Of a stretch of 64,000 bases of DNA, positions 1 through 13,329 are shown one piece after another (position 1 is the first letter of the stretch; each line of letters opens with the position of its first letter). The stretch is from the human T2T-CHM13v2.0 reference genome, Homo sapiens. The translations under genes and the position numbers were made by a program. Location: NCBI RefSeq assembly GCF_009914755.1, contig NC_060945.1, one strand, 5' to 3'. Under the pieces are notes generated by a model. It did not search any database and was not told where the DNA came from. It saw only the letters and a list, made by a program, of their open reading frames with translations.

Positions 1-357
1 ACACTTCACTGACTCAGCAATTCAGATAATTTCTTAAGATCCAAGGACACATGAATGAAGATGTTCATTGCTGCATTACTTGTGAAGGCAAGGAGTTGGA
101 GGCAATCAGGATCTATCACTGGAGGAATGGGCAGGTTAAATGAATAGGTAATGCAAACTTCTGAATACTACAAGGCAGTTAGAAGTCATGAATCAGATGT
201 ACATACAGGAACATGATGGATCTCTTTTGAAAAAGTAATAAATGGAATAAAATATAACAGTATCATTTATGTGAATTAAAAACTCAAGCACACACAAAAG
301 CACGTTTTTCAAAAATACAGTCAATTCTCACAAATCCCATGTTTGCCAATTCACCTA

Positions 358-704
<347 letters not shown>

Positions 705-1110
705 AAAACTTGCAGTGTCTTGCAGTCATTTGTGGACATGCATAGAATGGCAAAAAATCTGAGTCACCCACGTGCACATTCCCAGCTGAGGTTGAACAAG
801 GCGACGTTCCCTTATTTCAGCTCTCATACTGTAAACAAGTGTCCTTTTCACAGTACTTTTTCAAATTTTTGTGCTTTTGATTGGTGATTTCATGTTTTAA
901 ATGGCCTCCAAGCAGCAGCACTGAAGTGCTGTCTATTGTATCTAGGCACAAGAACGCTATGATATGCCTTACAAAGAAAATATGAGTTAGATACGCTTTA
1001 TCCAGGCATGAGTTTTAGTGCTGTTGGCCGTGAGTTCAATGCTAATGAATCAACAATAGCTATGAAAAAAAGGTGTCTTTATACAGAAACACACATAAAA
1101 CAAGGTTATG

Positions 1111-1296
1111 GTGGGGTGGGGGGAGGGGGGAGGGATAGCATTAGGAGATATACCTAATGCTAAATGACGAGTTAAGGGGTGCAGCACACCAGCATGGCAC
1201 ATGTATACATATGTAACTAACCTGCACATTGTGCACATGTACCCTAAAACTTAAAGTATAATAATAATAATTAAAAAAAAGAACTACCAAAAAAAA
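1111..1296 (+). mobile_element. 5'-truncated young L1 (L1PA2-like) 3' end
   Basis: G-rich L1 3'UTR terminus ending taccctaaaacttaaagtataat; perfect TSD aaaacaaggttatg at 1097-1110 and 1297-1310. Confidence 0.9.
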
Positions 1297-1837
1297 AAAA
1301 CAAGGTTATGTACTGGTTATGTCAGTTATCAACTGACAAAAATGCTGTGAATAGCTCACAAGAACCTAACCCTGCATTTCCCGTAAGGGCAATGCCTCAG
1401 TATTCACTAAGTCAGTATTCATGATGAGTTTATAGAAAGTAACTACTAAGAATGATAAGAATCAACTGCACAAACAAAAGCACATATATTAAACATAGTA
1501 GACCAGTCAGCCAGTGAAAGTAGAGAATGGAGAGATAGACAAAAGGGAAAAAATAAATTAATTAAATGAGAAGAGACTTGCACACACCAATTTTAAGGTG
1601 CTATGAACAAAGGAGTATGGTAATTCATACTGATAATTCTAAATCTGAGGCCCAAACTAAATAAAAAAGTAAAAACAGAGTAACATTCTAGTAAGAGAGG
1701 TAATTCAGTAAATGAATAGCCTACCACACAGATGTGCTTGCAGAGTTCTAAGTATAAACAATAAACATAAAACATAAACTAAGAAGATGGGGGTAAGGAA
1801 TCAGAGAAATGTCTTAAGATAAAAAAGATTAATATAC

Positions 1838-2018
1838 CTGAGGTACACTGTGTTTTCCATACTTCCAAAACTTATTCTGTGATAAAAGAGACTTAAATTT
1901 CTCCTCCAGAGAATCAAGCTCATTATCAGGTAAAAGGCAAAGTAATCTCTTTAATGCCAATAAGGAACAAGTTACAACCCGGTAGAATTTAGCTTCTCTT
2001 TCTTCCTCTGGAACAGTT
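1838..2018 (-). CDS. LTN1: LTN1 exon 6 ([13 protein letters not shown]...KHSVPQ); gene continues beyond position 1
   Basis: atcaag|A acceptor completes the phase-2 codon; 181 nt; CAG|GTATAT donor. Confidence 0.94.
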
Positions 2019-2651
2019 CTTGATATAAAACAAAATAAATATATTTAAAAATTTAGAATTAGCCAAACTATATATCTGGTGGTTCTATTTAAAATGTTTT
2101 ATCATTAAATATCTACCAAAGTTGCTTTATTTCTATCTTCTATTTCCCCTGTGCCAACGCCCCTCAAAATGTAAACATACAAAGAAATTTAATCACATAC
2201 TTTACTACTAATACAAGGTGAAAGTAGACGAAAAGCCAAGGCTTGCAATAAGTGAGAAAGTATACCGCTCTCGGTAGCATGTACAAGGGTGATCCCAGGG
2301 AATGGATATCAAGCCATCTAAGACTATTTTCCCTCAAGGACTCTTAAAACTTTGATTAGAATATAGAAGTAAACAAAATAGTTTACTACTCTTTCAACAG
2401 AACTATTTATATTCTTCAACTATGTTCAACCAGACCTTAAAATACTTCCTCCTACAACTGTCAAAAAGTAAAGAAGGAAACATATAAAAACATCTCTTTC
2501 TAATACAACCAAATGTGTAGCTCCCAGGTAATTCAAGTTAAATAGCAGGACAACTTGCAAGTAAAAGCACTTAATACAGCATCTCACATACAGCATTATG
2601 TTATTTTCATCTCTACATATATTATTCCTTCTTTTTAAAAATGTCACACAG

Positions 2652-2957
2652 GGCCGGGCCCAGTGGCTCATGCTTGTAATGCCAACACTTCGGGAGGCCG
2701 AGGCGGGTGGATCACCTGAGGTCGTGAGTTCGAGACTAGCTTGACCAACATGGTGAAACCCCATCTCTATAAAAAATACAAAAAAATTAGCCAGGTGTAG
2801 TGGTGCATGCCTATAATCCCAGCTACTCGAGAGGCTTAGGCATGAGAATCATTTGAACCCAGAAGCTGGAGGTTGCAGTGAGCTGAGACTGCGCCACTGC
2901 AATCCAGCCTGGGTGACAGAGTGAGACTCTGTCTCAAAAAAAAAACAAAAACAAAAA
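2652..2957 (+). mobile_element. AluS
   Basis: Full dimer with A-tail. Confidence 0.93.
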
Positions 2958-3034
2958 GTCACATTGAAATCATCTGATTACTTATGAGTGAAACAAATCC
3001 TTAACATGAGTTACAATGAAACAATACAACTTAC

Positions 3035-3087
3035 TGCGGGTCACTGAGTGTATCAGGTGTTTCTTTTATAAGATGATCCTGCAGCAC
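3035..3087 (-). CDS. LTN1: LTN1 exon 5 (VLQDHLIKETPDTLSDP)
   Basis: ttgtag|GTG acceptor, GCA|GTAAGT donor, 53 nt, ends phase 2. Confidence 0.94.
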
Positions 3088-5410
3088 CTACAAAGGGGGG
3101 AAATACCAAAGCCTTTGGTTTTACTGAACTGTCAATGGTGAACAGACAGAGCCTAGTTAAATAAAATCCACTTTTTAAAAATCCCCATAAACATCATCTT
3201 ACCTAAGAGCAGAATCAAATAGCAAAACTGAAAGGTTTGAATTTTACCAATTTTCCTTTTCCTATCAATTCCCAAGGTTAGCTGCTTTAGATACTTCTTC
3301 CCCACGCACCTATAAATACTCCTGACCACTTGTTCCTCCATTTCTCTTTCACACAGCAATGAAGTGAATGTGAATCTGGGAGATAAATTAGGCTCTGCTT
3401 TCCTCTCCCCTCTTTCTGTAAGCCTGCTTGCCCACAAAGAACACCATACATTGTGCTCTGCTCCATCACAGAGGAAGGTATGAGGTTTTCAAATATACGG
3501 AAGTCTGTTTCCTCCTGGGGTGCAGTGCAAGGGAGTCCACTGTTCCAGTAACTGCTTTATCAGCAATAACAATAACTAACACTTATTGAGCTTTTGCATG
3601 TGCCAGGTATTGCTTTGAGCACATTTTAGGCATTAACTAAATCAATCCTCAGAACTCCATGAAGTACAAGTTAATTCCTGCTTTATAGATTATGAAATGA
3701 AGGCACAGAAACTTGCCCAAGGTCACACACCTAGTTGCTAGCTGATGGCAGAGTGGGACTAGAACCAATGGTGTGACCCAGAGCCCATGTCTTATAGACA
3801 GTATGATATACTATCTATAATGCTGACATTTTGATTTTCATTTGCCTAACTCCTCTCTAATACATGGGTTTGGAACTGGAGACAGTTCAATGCCAACAGC
3901 TGTAATGAACTGTAACATAGCCAACTAAAGGGAAAATAAAATGGAAGAAATAACCCAATGTTCAATGATTAGTTATCCATCCATGACAAAGCCAAGAACA
4001 AATTTATTTTCTAAAGCCTATGAAGAGCCAAACTAGTTGTCTCAAAATCCATTTCCTAAAGCTCTTAGCGTCCAAACTCATGACACTTCACTCTTGTAAC
4101 GTTTATAACTTGGCATTTTAAATCAACCAATGATTCTTATGCTACAGATGGGTTAGAAAACTCCATTTGAGCATATGATTAAAGCTACAAACCCTCTCTC
4201 TAGAAAAACACGCTTGGTACACCTGAGAAATGAAGAATGGAAGAACCTAAATGAGGTACTACAATCAAGTTATGTGTTGGGGAGTGCTGGGTGAAGAGAT
4301 TAGATAGGGAAGCAGGGACCAGATCATGCAGAGCCTTGTATGTCAAGACAAGAAATTTGAACTTAAAAGTGTAATGGAGAGCCACAGGAAGGATGGCTAA
4401 TTGAAAGGAGGAAGGAAAGCAGGGGGAGAGGGTCAGATGGAAATGTTTAAGTAGGGTTATACACAGGGTGTTGTGGAAACACAGGAGTACTAAATAAGGG
4501 AATAAATGCAAGCATAGATTTTTTAAAAAATTATCAATTCCCTCCTCACTTCTACTTCATCTACTTTTATTTCTCAATATAATTCTAACAACTTTGTTGT
4601 CTGGTTTTTCTAGTCCATATATTGGGAATAGAAAATGAAGGGGGAAGAAATGAGACACTACTAGAAACAGACACACTGAAAGCCACAAACAGGTATGGCT
4701 GGTAACTTTTTATGAGAAAGTTATGGCAAAAGTGTTAGCCCAGTGTGGAGAAACTTTATCTGAAAATGGGAGTATAAATTTGTTTGGCCTTTTGAAGGGC
4801 CATTTATCATTATAAAAAATTTTAATGTTCTTATTCTTTGGCCCAACATATGCTTACTAGAAGTTCTAGTAAGTATCACTCCCACAAGGGTATGAAGAGA
4901 TCTACTCAAGAATGTTTACTGAAATAGCATTTGTTATGATAAAAATTGGAAAAAAATCCAAATGTATATTAATCTAAAAAGTTAAATAAACTACAGTACA
5001 TCCATGTATAGTAATACCAGAGAGCCAATAAAAAGAAAAAGACACTAAGTTAGATCTGTATATATATATATATTGATATGGAAACACGAGAGAAAATAAT
5101 TTTAGATTTATTTTTAGATATATTACTTGTTTAGATTACATAAAACATCTACTTTTTAAAAATATAATAAAGACTTCAAAATTAAAATGGAAAATTTAAA
5201 TACTGTAGAAAGATCCAATCCAAAATGTTAATCTTGTTAAAGATCCAAAATGGTTATTTAACTAAACAGAATTTTAAAAAGGCAACCTTCAGTTGGAAAT
5301 ACTCTACTTACTCATTCCCCTACAATCCCAAGTAAAAGAGCTGTCATTATGCTTATAACCCTTAAATACTTAAAAAAAAAAAATAGATTCAGAATGATTC
5401 CAGAACTTAC

Positions 5411-5641
5411 ACTTGTAATTTCATCCTTACAAAATGCTATGGCTTCAGGTTGCTTGCTTGGAGGAAAAGCCGCTTCAAATGCATCTTTTGCTGCAAACGC
5501 AGCTGGTGTGTAAGTATCACACTGAGCCATTAGCCAATATCCCATTAAACTTTTTAAGTATGGAGCCAACTGTTTCTTTACTTTAAGGATAAGTTTTTCA
5601 AAAGCTTGTTGTGTGGCTTCTCGGACGCGACGGTCATGATC
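5411..5641 (-). CDS. LTN1: LTN1 exon 4 ([11 protein letters not shown]...KDEITS)
   Basis: aatag|GAT acceptor, AGT|GTAAGT donor, 231 nt; conserved Ltn1 N-terminal domain motif DRRVRE. Confidence 0.96.
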
Positions 5642-5896
5642 CTATTAAAAATATAAATGTGATTTAAAATAGCTCTAGCCCATAAAAACAATCACAGACA
5701 TTTCTGGATATGCTATAATGACCCATTACCAAGAATTCACCTATGTATTAAGCTAAACTGAAATCATTTTTTTTAAATCAATAATTTGGAGGTTTTTAAA
5801 TCAGAAACTATGTAAAATAATTTATTAATTTTTCTTTCTCCCCTTCTCCCAATGAGATAGGATTGTATTCAAGACAGATTCAAAGTTGGGCCTTGA

Positions 5897-6200
5897 GGCC
5901 GAGCCTGGTGGCTCGTGCCTATAATCTCAGTACTTTCGGTGGCCGAGGCAGGCGGATTATTGGCGGTCAGGAGTTCAAGACCAGCCTGGCCAACATGGTG
6001 AAACCCCGTCTCTACTAAAAATACAAAAAATTAGCGGGGCATGGTGGCACACACCTGTAATCCCAGTTACTCAGGAGGCTAAGGCAGGAGAATCACTTGA
6101 ACCCAGGAGACGAGGTTGCAGTGAACAGAGATCGCGCCACTGCACTCCAGCCTGGGTGACAGAATGAGACTCCGTCTCAATTAAAAAAAAAAAAAAAAAA
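5897..6200 (+). mobile_element. AluS
   Basis: Full dimer; TSD aaagttggg(c/t)ctt. Confidence 0.93.
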
Positions 6201-6377
6201 GTTGGGTCTTCAATAATTAAGCAACTCACTCTCATTCTTCTGCAGCAAATATACAGGGAATAAAATCACTATCAAAATTTATTAAAACTGGAAAGCACCT
6301 GGGTAATTCTCCAGTAACAACCTAATTTCTGAAAACAGACTTCCTAAATGTTCTTCATAACCCAACACAATCCAATC

Positions 6378-6679
6378 TTTTTTTTTTTTTTTTTTAAAGA
6401 CATTGTCTTGTTCTATTGTCCAGGCTGGAGTGCAGTGGTGCAATCTTGGCTCACTGCAACCTCCGCCCCACCGGGTTCAAGCGATTTTCCTGCCTCAGCC
6501 TCCCAAGTAGCTGGGATTACAGGCATCCATCACCACACCCGGCTAATTTTTGTATTTTTAGTAGAGACAGGGTTTCACCATGTTGGCCAGGCTGGTCTCA
6601 AACTCCTGACCTCAAGTGATCTGCCCACCTCAGCCTCCCAAAGTGCTGGGATTACAGGCATGAGCCACCATACCAGGCC
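6378..6679 (-). mobile_element. AluS
   Basis: Reverse dimer with leading poly-T. Confidence 0.93.
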
Positions 6680-6857
6680 CCAATCTCTTTTTTTATTTCC
6701 ACGCTCTTCTCAAGTGTTAACAATTCAATCTGCATAACAATGCTGACATAACATTTAATAACCCTCACCAAAAATCAACATTATAAATTTGAGAGTCTCC
6801 ATGACTCCAACCAAAAAATATACAACAGAAATAAACTAGCAAAGTTTTAATACTTAC

Positions 6858-6956
6858 AAGTGAAATTTTGCAAAAAATTCTTGGCCAATATGGAAGAACT
6901 CCTTTCACAGTTTCTGTGTCTCTCTCTGTACACATGGTTCCAAATTCCTGCATAGC
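6858..6956 (-). CDS. LTN1: LTN1 exon 3 (AMQEFGTMC...FCKISL)
   Basis: ttttag|GCT acceptor, CTT|GTAAGT donor, 99 nt in frame. Confidence 0.96.
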
Positions 6957-7449
6957 CTAAAAGTAAGTTATTAACATCATTAGGATTAACAACCATAATA
7001 ACTGGCTATAGATTATTCTGTTCTGGAAGCTTTGTCTATTTTATGTAATAGGAGAATACACTATTTCTCTTTATGCCATATGAGACTAGTTTGAAGAGCT
7101 CTTTCACAGGCTACTACGGTAGAAACTCTTCAGTTGTTTTTTTAAAAATAAAACATCTACAAACAAAAAAACCTCATTTAAAGTTACAAGGTCAAAGTTA
7201 CATTCCCTAATGGGAAAAACTATACAGCCAAAATTCCAAAGCACTTTAAAAAAGTTCACTGTAACAAACTAATTTACGACCTAGAAAATAAATATCAACT
7301 AAGTTTAAGACTCTGTGTCAGAAAAAAGTACAATTATAAAAGAACTTAGCAATAAATTGTTCATTTTTCTTTACATAAAACATGCTAATGACATTTTATT
7401 TTAACAAAGGGATTTTCTTGATAATTTTTATGAAAACAAGAAAACTTGC

Positions 7450-7653
7450 TTTTAATTTTGTGGTGACATCTTTCTTTGAAAGTTTCCGCAGCACCATTCG
7501 GAAATCAGAATCTACAAGACTGTCAATTTCTTCAGCTCCTTGAATAGCAGGAACATAGCCTAGGTCACTCTGAGATGTTCCAAAACCAATAAATCCAGGC
7601 ACTGTTCCCTGTTCTTTGGCAAGGAGTTCTGCAGCTCGGCCACTGTTTGAAGG
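7450..7653 (-). CDS. LTN1: LTN1 exon 2 ([11 protein letters not shown]...KKDVTTKLK)
   Basis: Acceptor ttatcag|CCT; 204 nt = 68 codons; ends at non-canonical donor AAA|GCAAGT, required to stay in frame with exon 3. Confidence 0.95.
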
Positions 7654-8580
7654 CTGATAAGAAAATTACGGAGAAAAAAGTCAGAGTCCAGGAAGGGTTC
7701 AAAACTTAACTTTATAATTCCTTGGCTATTCCCATGGTCAGAATGAGCTTTTATTTTATTTTCTTTTTTCCTAGCCTAAAATTTCATCTATTGCAAAGTT
7801 CCCCAAAGATTAATGGTTTTGTTGCCAAGAATCCATCAATACTGATCCTAGAAATTATTCTGTTTCTTAAACATTAGAATGTTTTGTAAACCATGGATAC
7901 AATCCATTAGTGGCTCATGATATCAATATAATGGACCATGACAGAATTTTAAAGAAATTGATTAAAATTTTTAAAATCAGAATGTATCACATGCAGGAAA
8001 ATTTTCATAAATGCTGTTATGAATTTTTTATTTCTAACTTTCATATAAATAGTATGTATACACATATGTATACTATGTAATGATGTAAAATGAACTCATA
8101 AATAGAACCCATCCTTTCATTCACCCATTAAATGAACAATTATTTATTAAACAATCACAATGGCCCAGGTCTAATGATAGCTGCCTCTAGACTGAGAGTT
8201 CCTTGAGAGTGGATACACTCATTTCCACACACTCCAAAGCCTAGCCTAACCTCTTTGGGCTAAAATTACATTATTATAGCCATAAAAATCAATACAACAG
8301 TCAATCTATAATACAGACTCCTTTGTTTTGAATCATAGTCAGTGGTTTCTTTGACTGATACACAATATAGTAGTCTTCTACTAAAAGGAGGTGAGTTGAT
8401 ACAGAGAAAGAAAATATTTGAACTGCTAAAAGAAATTAACTTATTGTTATCTAAACAGAAAATGCTTCAGTTTGACCACCAAGCTGACATCACAACCCAT
8501 CTAAAGTCATCTATTTCTTATTTCTCTATAAGGATGTTTGCCAACGGTTATCCAAATGTGTGATTCAAATTGCTCATACC

Positions 8581-9203
8581 GGCCGGGCACAGTGGCTCAC
8601 GCCTGTAATCTCAGCACTTTGGAAGGCCAAGGCGGGCAGATCACGAGGTCAGGAGTTCGAGACCAGCCTGGCCAACATGGTGAAACCCCATCTCTACCAA
8701 AGATACAAAAAATTAACTGGGCGTGGTGGCGCACGCCTGTAATCCCAGCTACTCGGGAGGCTGAGGCAAGAGAATCGCTTGAACCGGAAGGCAGAGGTTG
8801 CAATGAGCCAAGATTGTGCCATTGCACTCCAGCCTGGGTGACAGGGCGAGACTCTGTCTCAAAAAAAAAAAAAAACAACAAAAAAAAACAAATTGCTCAT
8901 ACCGGCCAGGCAAGGTGGCTCATGCCTGTAATCCCAACACTTTGGGAGGTCAAGGCGGGTGGATCACTTGAGCCCTGAAGTTCGAAACCAGCCTCGGCAA
9001 CATGGCAAAACCCTGTCTCTATCAAAAACACAAAAATTAGCCAGGCGTGGTGGCATGTGCCTGTAATCCCACCTACTCAGGAGGGTGAGTCATGAGAATT
9101 GCTTGAACCTGGGAGGCTGAGGTTGCAGTGAGTCAAGATTGTGCTACTGCACTCCACCCAGGGCAACAGAGCGAGGCTCTGTCTCAAAAAAAAAAAAAAA
9201 AAA
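8581..9203 (+). mobile_element. Two tandem Alus (8581-8888, 8904-9203)
   Basis: Two dimers; TSD caaattgctcatacc at 8566-8580 and 8889-8903. Confidence 0.93.
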
Positions 9204-9371
9204 TCCTAATACCTAGCAAAAGTGTGTTTGGAAAATTCATCTGACAAGGAATAATCTGGCCTACTTCCTAAACTGAACTGAGTGAACAGGAAAGAAAATG
9301 ATGGCCTGCATTACATTTGTTTTCAATCTGTAGCATTTAAGACTAATTCCAAAAAAGGTTCTCTATTTTTT

Positions 9372-9750
<379 letters not shown>

Positions 9751-10445
9751 TTAAGTTTATTAAAATGAATTAATATTAATTATTCAATTCACCTTTCTCA
9801 ATATTGGTACATGAATAAAGAGCCACAAAGGAAGTAGTTAGTGAATTATAATTCTTAAACTAAATATGATGACTTTAGGGTATCAGAATTTTCTACAATC
9901 TCATGTGTAAACGGTTTTATTATGAAACAGAATAAAAAACTAATTATTGCTAACATCTAAAGGAGTTGAGGCTGAAATAACAGAATTAGGAGTGATAACT
10001 AGGGGCAAAAGAGAAGGTATCAAATTTCCAGTCTCCAATTTAAAAGTAACAAGTTACTTTTAAATGCACTATCTTTTTTTAATGTCTACTTTAAATTTAA
10101 AATATAGTTACTCTTATGATCTTTGTATGTTAAGTGCTATACCCATAGTTCAATAAAAATTAAGAAACAATTCTATTTATGGCACTTATTTTTTTTTTTG
10201 TACTATGCCTACTTCTGTCTACACTCTTTCATGCCTAGCTTCTAGAGTTATTTGTGGTGGCAATCCTGAGTCTACAAAGACCAAACCAAGGAAGACTTAC
10301 AAGACCTTTCACCATCTAACCTCAACTTTTCCCAGTCTTATCTCCTGCCACTCTTTCCTTCCCTTGCCCCACTTCCTTCTCCCTTCTTCAAATTATGCTG
10401 CCATCATTCATGCCCTAGTAGCAAACTGAATTCGAAGTTCTCTGA

Positions 10446-10712
10446 GGCAGGGCATGGTGGCTCACACCTGTAATCCCAGCACTTTAGGAGGCTGAGCGTA
10501 TCTTTGGGCAGATCACTTCAGGCCAAGAGTTTGAGACCAGCCTAGCCAACATGGCAAAACCCTGTATCTATTAAAAATACAAAAAATTAGCCGGGTGTGA
10601 TGGTGCACGCCTGTAATCCCAGCTACTCGAGAGGCTGAGGCAACAAAACTGCTTGAACCTGGGAGGTGGAGGTTGCAGTGACCCGAGACTCTGTCTCAAA
10701 AAAAAAAAAAAA
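10446..10712 (+). mobile_element. Alu with internal right-arm deletion
   Basis: Reads gcagtgacccgagactctgtctc; deletion between CGAGA microhomologies. Confidence 0.9.
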
Positions 10713-11189
10713 GTTATCTATGTGATGGCCTTTCACAATTTGATCTTTATATAACCTTTTTTCTCTACCTGAAAACGCTTCCTTTCTTTTCACTGTCTGA
10801 CAAACTCCTACTCATCTTTCAAACTCATGTTTGCAACACTTGCCTTCCTCCATTCTCTTCCATTCTCCCACATTCTTTCTTCTAATACCTGCATCATAAT
10901 TCTTTAACATTTGCTTACATATGTGTCTGTATCATCAAACTAATAGTTCAAGAACAGCAGACATCTATTATCTCTGAATACCTGACATCCAGTATCAGAG
11001 TCTTCTATTGAAGACTTTGCCACATTAAAGTTAAAATCCCAACTCCACAACTTCCTGGCTACATGAGCTTAGGCAAGCTAATTTCTCTAAACCTCAGTTT
11101 CACCACATTTAAAATGAGATATGAGTAATTAATTCATTAGTTGGGTTGTTTTCATGATTAAGCATAAGTTTTTAAATCACCATAGTAAT

Positions 11190-12400
11190 AACTGATTCCA
11201 GCAAGAATCAAAGGGTGCTCAAACCATTAGGTGAAAGTTTGTGGAAGAGCAGGACATTCACAGTTTCAAACTAACATATTATTTGTTATTGGCCAATGGA
11301 AAAATATAACTTTATAATGAACAACACCTTAACCAAGTAATTAAACAAATACCACCAATAAGGGGACAAACAGGTGCGAAGTGCCCCTGGTGTGTGATGC
11401 ACTGAGAAAGACTCATCATCTATGAAGAATTCCTTCTAAAAATTGTTTAGCCTGAATCTAATCATAAGGAAAAAACTAGATGAATCTGAATTAATCAAAC
11501 AAATGGCCCAGGCTCTTCCAAATTTTGTTAAAAAAGACACTCCTCTCCCCGCTTAAACAGTACTGAGAAACTGTCTAGATCAAAGAAACCCAAATGGTAA
11601 CTAAATGGAATGAGTGATCCTTGACTGAATCTCAGATGTTAAAACGGTTTATCTTTTTAAAAAAGTCCCAGCCTGGGCAACATGGCAAAACTCTGTCCCT
11701 ACAAAAATAAGCTAGCCGTGATGGCCTGTACCTGTAGTCCTAGCTACTGGAAAGGCTAAGCTGGGAGGATCACTTGAACCCGAGAGGCGGAGATTGCAGT
11801 GAGCCAAGTTCACGCCTCTGCACTCCAGCCTGGGTAACAGAGCCAGACTCTGTCCCCGAAAAAAAAAAAAAAAAGATTAGCCAGGAGTCCTAGCTACTAA
11901 GGAGGCTGAGGTGGGAGGACTGACCGCTTGAGCCCAAGAGGTTGACACTGCAGTGGGCCATGATCATACCACCACACTCCAGGTTTGGAGACAGAGCGAC
12001 CCTGTCTTACAAAAAAAAAAAAAGAAAAAAGAGAACATTATTGGGATAACTACAGAAGTCTAAATACAAGGCTGTATCCTGGATTACAGTATTATACAAA
12101 AGTCAAAGTTTCTGCATACTATAACCATTATTATAATTGCTGCAGGCTAGAAAATGGCATTGTTTTTAGAAGATACATGCTGATGTATTTAGGAGTTAAG
12201 AGTCCCGACTTCTGCAACTAACTCTTATAAGTTCAGAAAAATACATAAATTAAGAGAGAGAAAGCAAATGCAACCAAGTATTAGCAATTGGTAAATGTAG
12301 GTAAAGAGTATATGGGATGTCGTTCTAATATTCTTGCAACTTTTCCTCATAAGAACTTTTCAAATATAAAACATTTGAGAAAATCTGTTAAATAAAAAAC
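11190..12400 (+). mobile_element. Old L1 (L1MC-like) 3' region interrupted by AluJ-type pieces (11668-12028)
   Basis: Degenerate L1M 3'UTR-like sequence; Alu monomers with A-tails. Confidence 0.55.
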
Positions 12401-13329
12401 ATTAAAAGATGCAAGTAAAGTGCTTAGCACAGTAACACAACAGGTTGCTATAATTGTTAATACTGTTATTATCTTCCAAAACAGATTAAGTGACAGATGT
12501 AAGAAAATGTGACATTGAAATCACTAGAATTAACTACATCAGAAACAGGAAAAAAAAGCATTCTCATAAAATTGGACTGTGCTATAATAAATCTAACACC
12601 ATAAAAAAATACCATTACAAAACCCCTCATCGTGTAGTTTTACACGAATCCACTTTAAGGTCGTCCTTAAGCAAGTACTTACTGAGCGTCTATTAGGTGC
12701 CAGTCTGTTCTAGGTTCCGAGGATAAAAACATTTGCTTTCAAAATACTTACGTCCTAGTGAACCAAGACAATAAATGTCATAAATACAATGGAGTAAAAT
12801 AAAGTAGGAAGAACATGGGAGTGGGGAAGGGCTACCAAGAGGGTGATCATGGGAGACCTCACTGAGGTGTCGAGAGCAAAGTTTGGAGCCACCTAACTGA
12901 AGAGCGTTGGGAGCCGGCCAGGTAGTCAAGGCACAGTGAAGAGATCAGTGTGGCTGGATGAAGTAAGCCAAGAGGAGGGAGCTGAAGATGGGACTGCAGA
13001 TGGAAAGGGGTAACAGGCAGTCCAGAAACCAAATATACCATCCTAAGAGCTTTAGCTTAGGAGAAGCCACTGTAGGTAGCAAAGGAGAGGCACAATCTGC
13101 GGTAACCTCCACAGTGGATTCACTTTAACATTCTCCCAACTCTCCTTCTTCCCAGCGCCGCCCTCCCCCAACCAACCCGCTACCTCGGCCAGATCACCTT
13201 CCAGTGAACCTGACACATTATCATTTCTTCATGAATATTATGGGTGTGTGCTCGGATGAGGACAGCTCTGGCATGGTACATCTTTTCTCTCACGATTCCC
13301 CAATCTGCTCAGAGATAACACAAACCGCT

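Noticed and set aside
6348-6737. Alu-derived ORFs throughout the ORF track
   Set aside because: Standard Alu translation artefacts.
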